Below, in pieces: positions 11,967-25,829 of a DNA stretch of 64,000 nt. The stretch's first letter is position 1, and every line of letters begins with the position of its first letter. The position numbers were made by a program, and so were the translations under genes. Below the pieces are notes generated by a model. It was not told the DNA's origin and searched no databases. It saw only the letters and a program-made list of their open reading frames with translations. Source of the stretch: Basidiobolus meristosporus CBS 931.73 (Eukaryota; Fungi; Basidiobolomycota); contig MCFE01000122.1 in the NCBI GenBank assembly GCA_002104905.1, forward strand, positions 62,001-126,000, written 5' to 3'.

Positions 11967-14900
11967 ATGACTACTACAATCAAACTAAAAATGTACCAGG
12001 GAAAGAGAAAGAAAGCCCTTGAGTGTTTTGATAAGATTGAGAGAGTTGTGGTTGATGTGGGTTGGGATGAAGATAAGAAAGTAAGGGATTTTGCAAGACA
12101 TATGAAAGGGTCAGCATGGCAATGGCATTATGGGTTGGAAGACACAGTTAAAGACAACTGGGATGCACTAGAAGAAGCCTACAAGACACGATTTCTATAT
12201 GCCAAAGGATACCACTACAAGTTCCTTCTACTGTCCTCACAGAAGAAAAGCAGTGAGAGCTATGAAGCCTACACTGAATTGCTTCTCCAACACGTTCAAT
12301 GTCTCCCAAAGGACAAAATTGCCAAACAGCAGCTCATGAGGTATAACATCATGGGCTTAGTTGACAGAGTGAGATGTAGGGCATCCAAAGAACAACAGTG
12401 ATGTAAAACATTGCAAGAGTTGGTCAAACAAGTACAAGGAGTCTTCTTGCTATGGGGGCTACCCTATAATGATAGAAATGAATGAAGGACAGGGAGCCCC
12501 TATAAGAAAGGAAGCATTGCCTCCCTAAAAGATTGTGAATTAGAGGAACTATAGCAAAAGGTCCAAGAACTCTCAATCAACAATGTCCAAGAAGTCCCCA
12601 AAGAAGGTGATAAGCTCTGGGAAGCTCTTGTAGATTTAAAGGCCCAGGTTCAAGCCCTGACCCAACAGATGCAACAACTGTGACAACAGTACCTGTGTTA
12701 TGTATGTAGAGAAGTAGGCCACCAAGCACACAAATGTGAAAAACGGTATGGACAAGAACCTGTACCAGACACAAAAGAGAAGAAGGTATCAAAAGACAGA
12801 GTTCCTTGCAAGGAGGTCAACAGGACTCAGTCAATTTAAGCCCTCTGGTCAGAACAGTTGAAGTACAGAAGAAGAAGCGTCATCATGATGCTTCTAGAGA
12901 AGAGGCAAAAGAACCTGTAGTAGAGGTTCTGTCAAAAGGAAAGAATGCGGAATTAGGTGAAGAGGTACACAATGAGCCTTGGGAAGAAGTATTGAAACAA
13001 ATAAAGAATGCTAGTACATCTTCCCATGGCCTATTCCCCATAATGAAGGTACTAGAGTAAATCAAGGCAACCCTCCCAATAACCAATTTACTAGGACTGG
13101 CCCCAGCTCTGGTCAAGGAACGGATAGAGGGATTGAAGGAGATAACAACCCTTCATGTCAACCACATGGTCCTGCAAAAATCAAATAAAGGTACATATGT
13201 AAAGGCATGTATAGAGAATAAGGAGATTCTTGCCCTTATTGACACAGGATCCTCTATGTTGATCATGTCAGATTCATTAGCAAAATGTCCAAAGTTAAAT
13301 ATAGTCCCCAACAACACCATTCAGGTATGGCTAGTGAATGACCAACTGGACACAACAGTAGGAGTGGTGCCTAATTGCCCCATCTGGCTAGGCAACTTGA
13401 TTATACATCAAGATGTTGTGGTTCTACCTGTTGCAGCCAACAACTTACTCATTGGTGAGAGTTGGTTTATCTAACATAAGATGCATATACTTTACAGTGC
13501 ATCTGAGCTCAGATGGGATACCCAAGAGTATCCCACTGATTCATATCACCAATGCAAGCAAGGCATGTAGTAACAGTGTAACAATTAAAGAAGTGAAACC
13601 GTCACAGTCTCCAATCATCACATGAAAGGTGATAAAAGTACCACCTGCCAGTGAGACATTGATTGCAATGGAGACACCAATAGCTTATTCAGCAAGCGGA
13701 AGAATGATAACTGCAGCAAAGGCATCCAAGCAACTGGAAGGAATCTTGATCCCTAAAGTATGGATACCGCCAAAATTTGAAATGCAAAGTCTGAAGTGTT
13801 TAGTGGTTAACAACAGGCAACACATGGTGACATTGCCTAGAGGAAGTCAACGGAAACAACCAAGGACCACCTACAAACCAGGAACCAAAAGCAGAACTCC
13901 CTGAACTAGATGTGGACCCCGGTCTACCGTCTGCATTACAAGACAAGTTCCCAGAAGGAGTATGCCTTCTTGCCCAAGTATTATCTAAGAACCAAGTAAT
14001 TGGTCATATACCTGGGGTATATCACCAAATCCACCTTGCCAACAAATACCCCATCAAGCAAAAAGCCTATAGGAACTTGAAAATTGACACAGACTATATC
14101 AAAGAGACAATTGAAACTTTATTAAAAGATGACATCATTACAGAGAGCCAGTCTCTGTGGGCCTCCCCCATAGTGATAGTCCCAAAGAAAGACAGAAAGC
14201 AACGCTTTTGCATCAACTACCAAAAATTGAACACTGTCACCCAGAAGGACATGTATCTGCTACTCCAAATAGACAACCTCTTGGACAGATTAATTGGAGC
14301 TAAATATTTTAGCCCTCTTGACTTAATCTCTGGGTATTGGCAAGTAGAAGTAGCCCCGGAAGATTGACCCAAAACCGCTTTTATAACACTGTTTGGACTA
14401 TACAAATGGAACTGACTACCCTTTGGCTTGTGCAATGCCCCTGCTATGCTCCAAAGGATGATTGACAAGGTGATAGGAAATCTACAATGTGAATGCACTC
14501 TTGTGTATCTGGACAACATCACAATATATTCCCCCAATGTAGAAGAACATATACACAATGTGCAATGTATCCTGACAGCCCTCCTTGAGAACCAACTCAA
14601 ACTACATCTCAAGAAGTGCCAGTTTCTGTATACAAAATTGCTCTTCCTGGGCCACAAGATCTTGGCAGATGGAATATACCCATCTACTTCCATCCTGAAA
14701 GCTGTTCAAGATACACCTGCACAAAAGGATATTAATGCAGTGTTGGGATTCCTAGGATTAGCCAGCTACTATTGCAGCTTTTTCAAGAACTTTGCAACAA
14801 TAACGGCCCCCCCTATACAAATTGACGCAAAAAGGCCAATGTTTTGTGTGGTTGGAGTCTCAAAAGAGAGCATTTGATCAGCTTAAACATTCCTTGTTGT

Positions 14901-17635
14901 CACCACCAGTGTTACATTTTCCCAATTGGGATGCAAGATTTTTTATTAACTGTGATGGAAGTCTCACTGGTATAGGCGCTGTACTGCAACAATACCATCA
15001 ACCCAGCAAATTCCACCCAATTGGTTACATGAGCCGTACGCTAAACAAACACAAATGTCACTACCCCATTACCAAGATAGAATGTCTGGCTGTTGTTTAT
15101 TCAATGAAACAATTCCATACATACATACATGGTTGCCAATTCATGATAGTAACGGACCACAGCACACTGGTCTGGCTAATGAAAACTAAAGACTTTACCG
15201 GTGTAGTGGGGTGACAGTGACACCCACTGACAGATGTGCTCATTCCCTTATTTTCTACTTCCCTATATCCCTACTACACTCATTTTAGTTTTATCCCATT
15301 TGTCTTACCCAATCAGTACTATCCCATAAGCCGGTTGACTATCACACCTGCTTACCTTATTGCATAAGTTACCCCTCACTTTATGTAAGATTACTAGTTA
15401 CAAGTGCTTCTATATTAGGCAAGTACCCGCGCCAGTACCCGTGACACATGATCAACCCGTGTCACCATCCCTACCATTTCCATACCAAATATGGTGTCCC
15501 CATGTTACACAGGTTTCAGAATACTGATTCCTGATTGGTTGGATGTGCTGTGCCTCTTAGAACCTTCCGGCACCTACTTAGAACATTTGTAGGTCATTCT
15601 GATGTCATTAAGATTTCTATTGATATCCGGAACCTTCTGGAACACCATGATTAGTAATCACTTAGCCAGTGAGAAAAGTATATAAGGGAGGCTATCCCTC
15701 AACAATAAATCATCATCCCTTTTATCAATATACCGACTTGTTGATTAGTGTGATCACTGCTACCTGCTGCTACCTGAACTTCCAACCCTAGACCACAGGA
15801 CACTCCCAGGAAACCGCGCTGACAGCCAACTGACCTTGGAGGCACTACTTGTGAGGAATACTCAGAGTAGGTATCTTTTATTATATTTGATTCTTTCCCA
15901 AGTTTGTTCTTGTACAGGCAAAGATACTTTTCTGTCTTTGTAACTATTGACCACAGCTGCATTCTTATCAAGTCCCTGCTGGTGGAGTTTACAGTTGTTT
16001 TGACTTTGGAAGCTTTAGTACATTGTCATCTCAAAGGACGCTGAACCCAGCACATACTTTTGTTAAGACGCCAACTAAGTTGGGGATTGTAGCTCAATAG
16101 TTTTCCCTTGACAAGCTTGTGGCTTTATCCCCCTTCACATTAGATTAGAGACAGAACCCAAGTATTCCTAGCAAGCTTTTGCCAGAGGTTATCGCACCCA
16201 GTGAACACCCCACACACAAAACACTTGAGAAGTGTTGGACGTATCTCTCCCTTGGACCTATACACCACCACACCGGTCAACTAGCACATTGGGTCCTCCA
16301 ACTACAAGAATATGATTTCAAAATAATTCATTGCGCTGGCAAGAAACACCAAGATACAGACTTCCTCAGTTGCTATCTTGTTTGCCAAGTTTGTGTTAGC
16401 AATGACTAAAAGGACATAATCTGCTTTGAAAGAAGAGAGAAGTATCCCAAACACATTGTTACACACATGCAGAAGAGAGACTTTCAAAAGAAATGGTGTC
16501 AGTACAAAGTACAATAAAACCAATTATGGTTACTCCAAGGACAGTTCAGAGTTGAGGTACCCCCAGTAGCTGCCCGCAAAGAAATCATACAAGAAAGCCA
16601 TATGTCATTAGGACACACTTACCCCCTAATGGCATACAAGATGTTAAGAAAGACGTGTTATTCAAAAAAAATGATGACCAATGTTGTGAATATGTTACAA
16701 AGATGCTCCACCTGCAAAAGATTTAACCAGAGTCAGAAGATAGGGACAACCACACCAATACCGCTTGACCTACCCTTCCACCAGGTAGGGATCAACTTTG
16801 TTGGCCCCTTTATGAAAATGAAGAAAGGAGAATGATACATAATAATTGCTACCAATTATTTCACAAAGTGGGTAGAAGCCCAAGCCGTCCAAAATAAAGA
16901 CCAGAAGACAACCGCCTAATTCATTCTAGAACACCTCATCTGCTGGCACAGATATCCTCTGATACTCCTGTCCAACAATGGTGGCTCCTTCCTCAACAAC
17001 ACCGTGGCCCATTTGTGCAAAATGATGGGCATGAAACAGGTCTTCATGGCTGCGTATCACCCCCAGACCAATGGATTAACCAAGAGGATGACCCAGATGT
17101 GTTGCTGCATACTAGAGAAGCTCCACTGGGAACTTCCCCAATGATGGGCCAAGCTACTCCCACTGACACTCCTAGTAATGTGTACCATACTAAATAAAAC
17201 AACAGGTTTCTCCCCGCACAAAGTTCTGTATGGACAAAGACCCAAGTGGCATGAAGAAGCTGGATTGAAGATGGAAGGTGTCCCCTGACAACACATAACA
17301 ACTATGTAGAAAGGTTGATATACCATATCAGCCACCTATACATAAAAGTATTTGAAAATGTTGACAAGCACCGTCCCCCTCCACCCAAGAATGAGAAACT
17401 AATGGGACAAAAGTGGAAACCAGGCAACAAAGTCTGGTACAATCAAACCGTTGCAGGCCTCAAGTTTTGCCCACAATTTACACCCCAATGGATTGGCCCT
17501 TGCACTGTTATTAGTTTTGACCATGGGCCAAAGTACACCATCACCCTGAACAATAAGACAATCAGCAATGTAGCACCAGCCCATCTGAAACCGCTTCAAG
17601 ATGATCCACCAATCATCACTGAAACTAAAGTGTGA
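11967..17635 (+). pseudogene. gypsy gag-pol with stops and frameshifts
   Basis: WASPIVIVPKKD, GYWQV, YLDN (from YLDD), FINCDGS, TDHSTL, integrase VGINFVGP, GPF/Y-like WIGPC. Confidence 0.93.
15202..16272 (+). mobile_element. Solo LTR, family L1, inserted in gypsy RNase H
   Basis: 4-bp TSD CCGG at 15198-15201 and 16273-16276. Removing it restores KDFTGQLAHWVLQLQEYDF. Confidence 0.96.
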
Positions 17636-17741
17636 TTAAACAATTTTCAGGACAAGGATAGAGGAAGGCACAGGATACATATGAAGTTTATTAGGAGGAG
17701 ATTTTAGTTGACATTGGTATAAATGATATGCACAAGGAAGT

Positions 17742-18930
17742 TTGCCCAAAGGGGACAACAAAAGAATGCATATGGAAAGCGCCAAAGGAAACAGTTCACC
17801 CAAAACTAGCATTACCCCTCCCACCAGCAAGAATCAAGATGATATTGAAAACAAGACCAACCTGCAAGTGTGGAGAGATATGGTACAAGCATTATGTGCA
17901 ACAAGAGCCACGTATGAAGAGTTGTTTGTTGGAGCAGTCACATTGATACAAGACACAATCAGAGAGGGACAAGACAAGTTACCCACGGCAATACAAAACA
18001 TGGAGATACTACCCACAAAGACTGTGTACCACCTAAGAGGAGGCTCCTTGATCATTAAGGAGAAGGACACTGATTCCTGTATCCATACTGGACACAGTCA
18101 GACAGAAGACACAAGGAATCAGCTCTTGCACCCTCACAAGACCTCAAGAGCCCCCCTGCTTTGTTGCATACTTGCCATTGATAAGTACCATGGTTGTTGA
18201 GGTATATGCAGACCTGTTACAAGCCGCAAGAGCACCAGAAGTAGACCTCCCAATTGAAGAGCTCCTCCAAGATATTTGCAAACATCTTGAGCCTCATTTT
18301 CAAGAAGGAACCATCATAGAGAAGATACACAAATGGATTAAATACACCAGCCAGTTAACCCATGCAATCCACCAAGTTGCTGTGTTACAACTATTACTGT
18401 GGTTTACCATAGGACAACTCAGGAACCAGTACAAAGTCCAACTCCAAGAAGACAAAGAAACCGCTACAGACTCTGTAGAAGCCATGAGGCAAGTACAAAA
18501 GTGCCTCAACTGCGCCACAGTTTCTACAGAAGAACTACAATATGTCTTGGAAGATGCAAAAACTTGCTACCAACAACAGGTGACTGCCTACCAAGTGTAT
18601 GCCCTCTTCAAAAGGTCCCCTGCTGTCATATTGAACACAACAAGGACAAGCCCCAACAACATTTGCAAGATAAAGATGCAAGACTTTATTGTGCTATTGC
18701 ACCTCTTCTTGTTCTCCAACTCTCCTAAGGAACTTACCCAGAAACCTATGGTTTGCCAACTATTTGGCTCTGTGGAAAACATCCCTCTAGCAACGCAAGC
18801 CACACCCCACTCTGCCACCAAATGGTATCAGGTACTTGCCTGCAACCCCCTTGCAAGTGACAACCAGCAATGGTACCATGGTGACTCCCCATGCTCTGTG
18901 AACAAAATCAACCCTGGAGAAGCAAGTTAG
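17742..18930 (+). CDS. Accessory ORF(s) of unknown function between integrase and the 3' LTR
   Basis: Overlapping ORFs 17742..18200 (152 aa) and 18172..18930 (252 aa; frame open from ~18052), inside the LTR-bounded element and in sense with pol. Confidence 0.55.
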
Positions 18931-19348
18931 TCAAAGAACTTCAAGGACAAAGCTCCCTTTAACCCCCAGGATATGTGAGTACAAAATGCAGTACCCACTC
19001 TTTGCCCAAGAGTTCTCCCCAGAGTCTTACCCAAAGTCCCCCAGTATCCTCCCTATGACCCCCCACCTGCCCTCCCTCCTATCCCTGCCCTTATCTAGTT
19101 AGAACACTTACCACAATAGGAAGGTGTTCACACCCCTATTTTATAACACATTGTCTATTATCTAAGCCCCCCCCAAGTGATATATATCCACCCAACTGAA
19201 CCAAGTGAGGGGACAAGAGGATTTGGACAGAATAAACACAAGTCTTTATTACCTTGCTACCTTCTATTGGAAGCTCTTTGGAAACAAGTGGTGCTGACTT
19301 GACCTACAAGCTCTCCCACTCACCAAGTACAGTCAGTAATAACCCACA

Positions 19349-20118
19349 GAGTGGAGATCCCACTGACAGATAAGGCTATAACATCAAGAGCTCAAAAGAC
19401 TATCACAATGCCTTCAGTGGAATTTTGGAACATTAACAGGCACACCAAGAGGTTGCAGTACTCCTTCCAGTGCAGTGCTCAAGAAAATGCACAGGAATAT
19501 TTCAAGGATTTATTGCAAAGACTGGCAGATGAGGAGCTAGACCTTACAGTGCCAACTGAGGACCAGGACATGTGGGAACCAGTGAATGAACAGTGGCATA
19601 AAGCCATTGGGTTCCTGCAAAGTCATGGAACCAGAGCATTACAGCAAAAATACTTATTGAGTGGTGAATTTTAAGGGAGTCACATGTTGAGTGTGGGGTT
19701 GGGTATGATGTTAGTGTAGGGCATAGGGACTTGTATAGGCCAATACAATTGGCAATTGAGGTATAACGGAAGTTTCAACCAGAACATATCAAGTTGTACG
19801 CATGAAAAGTAAGAGAAATGATTGATTCAGGAAGTAAGGGGTGTGAAAAAGAGGCAATAGCCAATCAATGCACACAAACATAGGAGGCAATAGAGTGTCC
19901 AAGATCAGAAAGAGAGCAAATTGGCAGGGAACCAAACAAAAGCCACTTATACATTGTTGTGATGAAAAATTTTGACTTAGAATTTTGTGAAATCTGGGGT
20001 GAAATTATTTTTCAGCGGTCTCTAGATGGCGCCCTGACAGGATCAGTACCTCTTAGTCACAGGACTTTAACTTTGTGATGGTCTTTTGATGGGATCATCT
20101 CAATAATCTTTAATAGGG
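19349..20118 (+). mobile_element. CACTA-like partner-gene 3' part and terminus
   Basis: ORF 19351..19674 matches 58980-59300. Ends ...aataatctttaataggg, like ...aataatttttcataggg at 59748. Confidence 0.85.
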
Positions 20119-23100
20119 TAATAGGAGCCCATGAGAAGGACTTAAGGTAGCAGATACTCTGTACTATCTTGCCAATTATTTCAAGTTTCTCCTGTATCTC
20201 AAAGGGCTCATTTAGCATGAAATGCACCAAGTACAAATTGGTCAACAGTATATGGATATTGTTGAAAAGCAAATGCATTTCCCTCAGTGAAAAGCTTTTG
20301 CCCCAACACATACCCTCTATCTTAAGTATCTCTAGTTTGCAATTAATTCCATTTTTGGCCAATGGCTTATAGCTTGCCAACTTTGCTGCAATTGCATGCT
20401 GACTTCTGTATGTTCTCTTTGCAGAAAGATCATGTTCTCAGTGTTTGTGTTTAAGTAATAATAATTTATGTAAGTTATGGAGTAAGTCACCTGGATCTCA
20501 CATGTTCAACAACAATACTGTCCATTTTGCCCAGAAAAGTTGGCTATCTTGCTTATGGTTGAGGTATCTCCAATGCAGATAATATTATGCACCTTGACAT
20601 AACTGCCATTTACTGTTATCCTGCTGCAAAGTATACAAAACTTATCCAGCAATGGATACAGGTAGCTTTCCAGTTGGAACTGTGATTAAGGCCCAGATAC
20701 CAATGAGACTTCCATCAAATTTATGCTCTGATACCATAAGATAGGCAGCAGATTCAGGTTGATGAGAATCAGTGGCCAGTAGGATTTGCTGGTAGAGCAT
20801 TTGTTTAATGAGAAACCGTCAAGTGCCAAGGCAAAGGCAAAGGCAATGTTATACATACCTTCAAAGTAGCTCTTGCCTCTTAGCTGATTGTAATGTTTGC
20901 CATCAAATGTATCTGATATGCTTGCTCTTGATTGACACCAGGTAGAGTACTTTATAGCTTCACAATATTTGTTGGACTGCATGAGCTTCTTAAGACAGGG
21001 TACTAACAGAATATATTCAGAGTGTCAGCAATGTTTTCACCCAGTAGTGGTGGATTCCTGACAAGATGGACACCTTGCAATGGTGACATTTTCTGATGTG
21101 AATGCCATGCAGCTTTTAACACAAGCTGATATCAGGATGGTCTTAGGGTCATATGTTGCCCGCTGCATGATGGTTTTTCACTTTTGCCATGCATACAGTA
21201 AGCTGCATACTTGATTGATTTTGGCAATAAGCAGAAGTAAATCCTCAAAGCCTCCACTACTGATATTAATGGAAATACACCACCTCTCTAGCCACAACAA
21301 CTCATCATTCATCAGTAGCTGGATTACTGGGCTCACTTGTCTTCATAAAGTATCCTTGGCATTTTTTTCCACAGGTGTTATCTCATTGCATAATGGGATT
21401 TTTCTGGGCTCATGCGGGGTACTGTTGTGAGAGAATATAGGCTCACCACCCATCAGTGAGCCTGCTTCTTGAGGGCTATCACTCTGCATGCCATATTTAG
21501 AAGACTGGGGTGAGCCTGCAGATGTCACAAGCTCACCTGACTCAGTTTGCACAAGGTGACAAGAACAGCCAGATGCTGTTATATAAATATCAAGTGGCCA
21601 GCAAGATATTATTTGTGCAGTAGTGATGGGTAAATGGTCAAATATGACCTGTGTGGCAAAACGCTGGCCATGATCCTTGCAATACTTTGAATGCTGTCTG
21701 TGTGCTTCACAGCCAAGATGCTTGCTAAAATAGCCACATGGTCTTTTTCTCCTCTCTTGTGATGTTTATTCAATGTAGTCTTGTCCATGTGGCAGGCAGC
21801 TTGATGCTCAACAATGTGACAATATTATGTCACTTTTAGTCAATACTCCTGAGAGTTTAAGACAGTCATGTATTTGAAACATTGCACCTACATGAATGTA
21901 AGATTCAACAATGACCCACTGTAGTAAGCATTGTAAGTAAAGTTGTGGTACCACATAAACATGCATACATAACACCATTTCCCCTTTGGTTTGACTCACT
22001 TCCGTATATATGATGCTAAAAAATAATGCCAAGTTGTCTGGTTCACAACCAAACCCCACTGCTGATAGTAGTAGTAGAACAGTTTGACAACAGCTTACTT
22101 TGACATTCAGTGCAAAAAGCAGGGCTACAACCAAAAAAGGCCTGGTGAACAGTGTGCCCACTGAAGGGAATAATGCAGACCCCTCAGGCTTTCAGTCAAG
22201 TATGCAACTGGGGATCTTTGCAGAGTTACAAGCCAAACATATTGCTGAGGCAGATGAAAATGTAGCTACAGCAGTACCTTCAGTTGAAGACCAGCAAGTA
22301 GCTATCATAACATCACCACCACCTGTATTAGCAAGTATGTCATCAGCTCATACTAAAGTATAAATGTGGCAATTAGGTGCAGTGACCAATAGGATAGATG
22401 TAATGGCCTGGAAAAAATCAGGCAATAGCTCAGAAAAATTATGAGCAGATAAAAGGTGTAGAGCAATCAATGTCATTTGTAGAGAAAGCAGTATCTTTGC
22501 TGCAAACAAGGAGCTCAAGTAGCTCAACATCACTGCCAAGAATTGAGCCATTTCCTGATGTAACAGCAGAGGAACACTGTACAGTCTTTGAAGTAAAATA
22601 TCAGTGCCCAAAGATAAAGCCCACAGAAAAACCTATTACAGCATGGGAGGGAGAAAATATAGTGTTTAGACTTGTTCCATTGTACCATGCCAGGGTGCGT
22701 GGTGCAATCTGCGGTTGTAAAGAACAATTGGGCGCAATATTATAGCTACCAGAAGGCAGGATTGTTCTTGGACAATTTTGCACTATGCGGGATAATCTTG
22801 CACACTATGGCACAATCTGACACAATGAGGTTGGCACGGATGATTGCGCCAACTTGTAATGTTTACATCACGTGCGCAATTGGATACCGCTATTATGGCA
22901 GGTAAAATCCGGTATTTGGATATGTTTCTTTAACGTAAATGGAAATAAATGTGTATCACACTATAAACTACACTGATACTTACCATATTTGTTACCCTCT
23001 CTCCAATTGGATGGTATCTCAGTGGTTAATTGGTCCAAAAGTATCCTGAAGCTGGCAACCCCAATTGGCTCATTGACTACTAAAAAAGCTACCTGATTTG

Positions 23101-23409
23101 CCATCAAATATCCCATTTTGCCCATTGAGCAAGTAAATCCCTGATCCTAGTGATTGGACAAGGTGTCATAGCTAGCACGCAAGCAATTGTGTAGGTGCAA
23201 AACAGATCCAATAGCTGCACTGGTAATACAGATGACGTATATATATGCAGGGTGCTTATTTATAGGGGTTCTGTCTCAAATGTGAGACAACCTTGATATT
23301 ACTTATATCAAAAATTCAATGATCACTGACTTGCAATGGCTCAATTTGAATTGCAAAAAAAATGGGTTGTTGGGATCATTACAAATCTGAGCAATTCAAA
23401 GCAATCACA

Positions 23410-24627
23410 TCATCTTCTCCTGGGTTTTTTCCTCACAGGGATTACTACTGAAGCATTTGGTAGTGACTCACTTTGCACACCTATACTACTTCCTGGCTGA
23501 CTACCATCTTGGCTACTTGTGTATTTGTAGTCAGTATTTTGCCTCCAAATTGATGAGTGTAATGCTGCAGCTTGGCCACGCTGAATTGCTCCAACTGATC
23601 CAACTGAACCGGCCTGTAGTGCCAAGTGCTGACACGTTCTTTTACTTGCTAAGAGCTCTGGTGGTTGAGGCACTTGATGTTGGTCATCATCAGTCAGTTC
23701 ACCAGAAGTAACTTGCTGATGGTCAGGCAAAACGGCACATGCAGGCATGCCTTGACACGTTGAGATGGTCCTTGGCTGAGTTTGATGTGATGCTGCATGT
23801 TGACGCAACTTGGTCCGCTCCAATGGACTTGTGTCTAAATGAGCAGTTTGGCAAGTTCTTGTAGTTTTGCTCTGAAGCGTGCGCGTTGACCCAACCTGCA
23901 TTGACTTGATGTGGGGCGCTCTAGTAAAGGGTGTTGGCATGGTCTGGACTGGTGTGCACCGGCGCACTGTGGTTGCAAGAGATGGTAGGGAATCCAGCAA
24001 GGCGCGATCTGGACAATGTTGCTTGCGGTGTGTATTCTTCCTCCTGAAGCTCACCATCTGATTCCTTAAGGTATTCACTTACCCTCTGTCTGATACTTTG
24101 GAACTATTGCCTGGATGAGTCCTGTCTATATTGCTCTTGGAAGCCACTTAGCTCTACTAATATATCACGTAGTACATTAGTCACTTGAGGCAAAAACTCA
24201 TTCAAAATCTCTTTGGTTCCCAAAGTTGAGGCACAAATGGATGTGTCCAACCCGTACTGTGCAAATTGCACGCAAAATTGTTCCCATGCAGCTTCTTTTG
24301 AAATCCCCTCACTCTCAGCTCATTCTTGATTTCAATACTTGTCTTGTTATATATCTTCTTACATACATTGGCTGGCATCTTGATGTAGAACTCATGTCAC
24401 AGCTTTCTACTCAAATTCTTCCATCTTTGTTGACTCTCTGAAGTATCTAGTTCTGCCAGATTAATCAGTAGTGCCCAAATATCAGTATGATGGCTCATCA
24501 TAAACACTTGGGCCATACCAAAATCTTTTGGCAAGAACTCAAACGGATCCGACCACACTTGTGAGCTGGGGAATGGGTGTTGTCTGGGTTGTACTAAAGA
24601 TGAGTTGAGGCTTGGTATGGGGACCAT
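23410..24627 (-). pseudogene. Probable Myb/SANT/MADF-like partner gene of the Harbinger element (degenerate)
   Basis: Minus-strand frame includes ESQQRWKNLSRKL (RWKNL is typical of MADF-type domains), then frameshifted helical and low-complexity segments. Harbingers normally encode such a second protein. Confidence 0.5.
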
Positions 24628-25218
24628 AGCAATGGATTTGGATACTTATACAGCAGTATATTGGCATCAACCTGGTCTTATATGATATTTATATGAAAAC
24701 TAATGTTTTTGTTGAATTTTCTATATATTATGCATGTTGCATCTTGGATTGCATTGACACTGATTAGATCACATCAATTGCAGATTTCCTATTTGATTAT
24801 AGACCTATGATTAAAGCATCAATAAAAGTACAAAGGCATTGTTTGCAATGATTTTTGCGACATAATGACGGGATACATGGCAATTGATGGAGATTTAACC
24901 ATAATGTATTAAAAATCAGATAAATAATGAGATTGCGCCAAATTGATTCAAACCGCCTCCATACAATCATCCACCAATTTTAATATGACTTACTCATCTC
25001 AATGGTCTTTTCTCATCAATCCCATCACTACCACTGGATTTCCTTTTGACACACTAGAGGAGATCTATTCCAAGTACTGAGGTCCATCAACCCCAATCTA
25101 CTCAAGGAGATCCCTTGTTAGGCTTCTCTGCTATTACAAGAACTATGGCCCTACAAGGTTTCATCCCACCATCCATGGCAACAAAAGTCCTAGAAGCTTT
25201 CATTCCCAGCTGACAGCA

Positions 25219-25800
25219 ATGGAGGACCACCTTGCAGAGGGTATGAATGACTTAGAGCAAGCTTGGAATACTAGGTTCAGAAGCTCCAATAGACTTCCAT
25301 ATCCCAGAGTGTTCAGCAACAGGTTCCATATCAGGAGTATTTTGGATACCTTCCCAGTGAGGATTAACATACCTTCTAGAGGGAAGAGGCACTTTTATTC
25401 TGGCAAGTACAAGGCACACTGTGTGAAGTTTCAAGCACTGTCTGACATTGAGGGTAACATCATCTGGTTTAGTTGGCCATTTGCTGGAAGTAGGCACAAC
25501 AAAGCACTCTGGGTAGAGAATCATCCTGAATTCAGTAGAGGGGAGAAATGTATGGCAGACGTAGCCTATATAGGAGAGGATTGTCAGAGATTAGGATGTA
25601 TTACAGCTTTTAGGAAGCCCAGGAATGGTGTGCTTAGCAGGAAGCAGAAGCTCTACAATGAGATATTTAATCATTTCAGAGTGAGGGTAGAGCACATATT
25701 TGGATATCTGAAGAGATTCAGCATATTGGCAGGTAAATACAGAGGAAAGTCATATATAGGAGAAAACAGCAGAATAGGTAAAATAGTTGATACTTATTGA
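25219..25800 (+). pseudogene. Harbinger/IS5-like DDE transposase, catalytic region
   Basis: ILDTFP, FYSGKYKAHCVKFQ, GSRHN (usually GSxHD), MADVAYIG, RVRVEHIFGYLKRFSIL. A stop-containing N-terminal part probably lies at ~24780-24970. Confidence 0.88.
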
Positions 25801-25829
25801 TACACAGTATGTTCACACAAGAAGACATA

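Larger units (their letters stand above)
11551..19348 (+). mobile_element. Full-length decayed Ty3/gypsy retrotransposon with extra 3' ORF
   Basis: LTRs 11551-11925 and 18974-19348, 5-bp TSD GAGTG at 11546-11550 and 19349-19353. PBS-like TGGTGCTGTCTCTGCG after the 5' LTR. Order gag (CYVCREVGHQAHKC), PR (LIDTGSS), RT, RH, IN. Confidence 0.95.
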
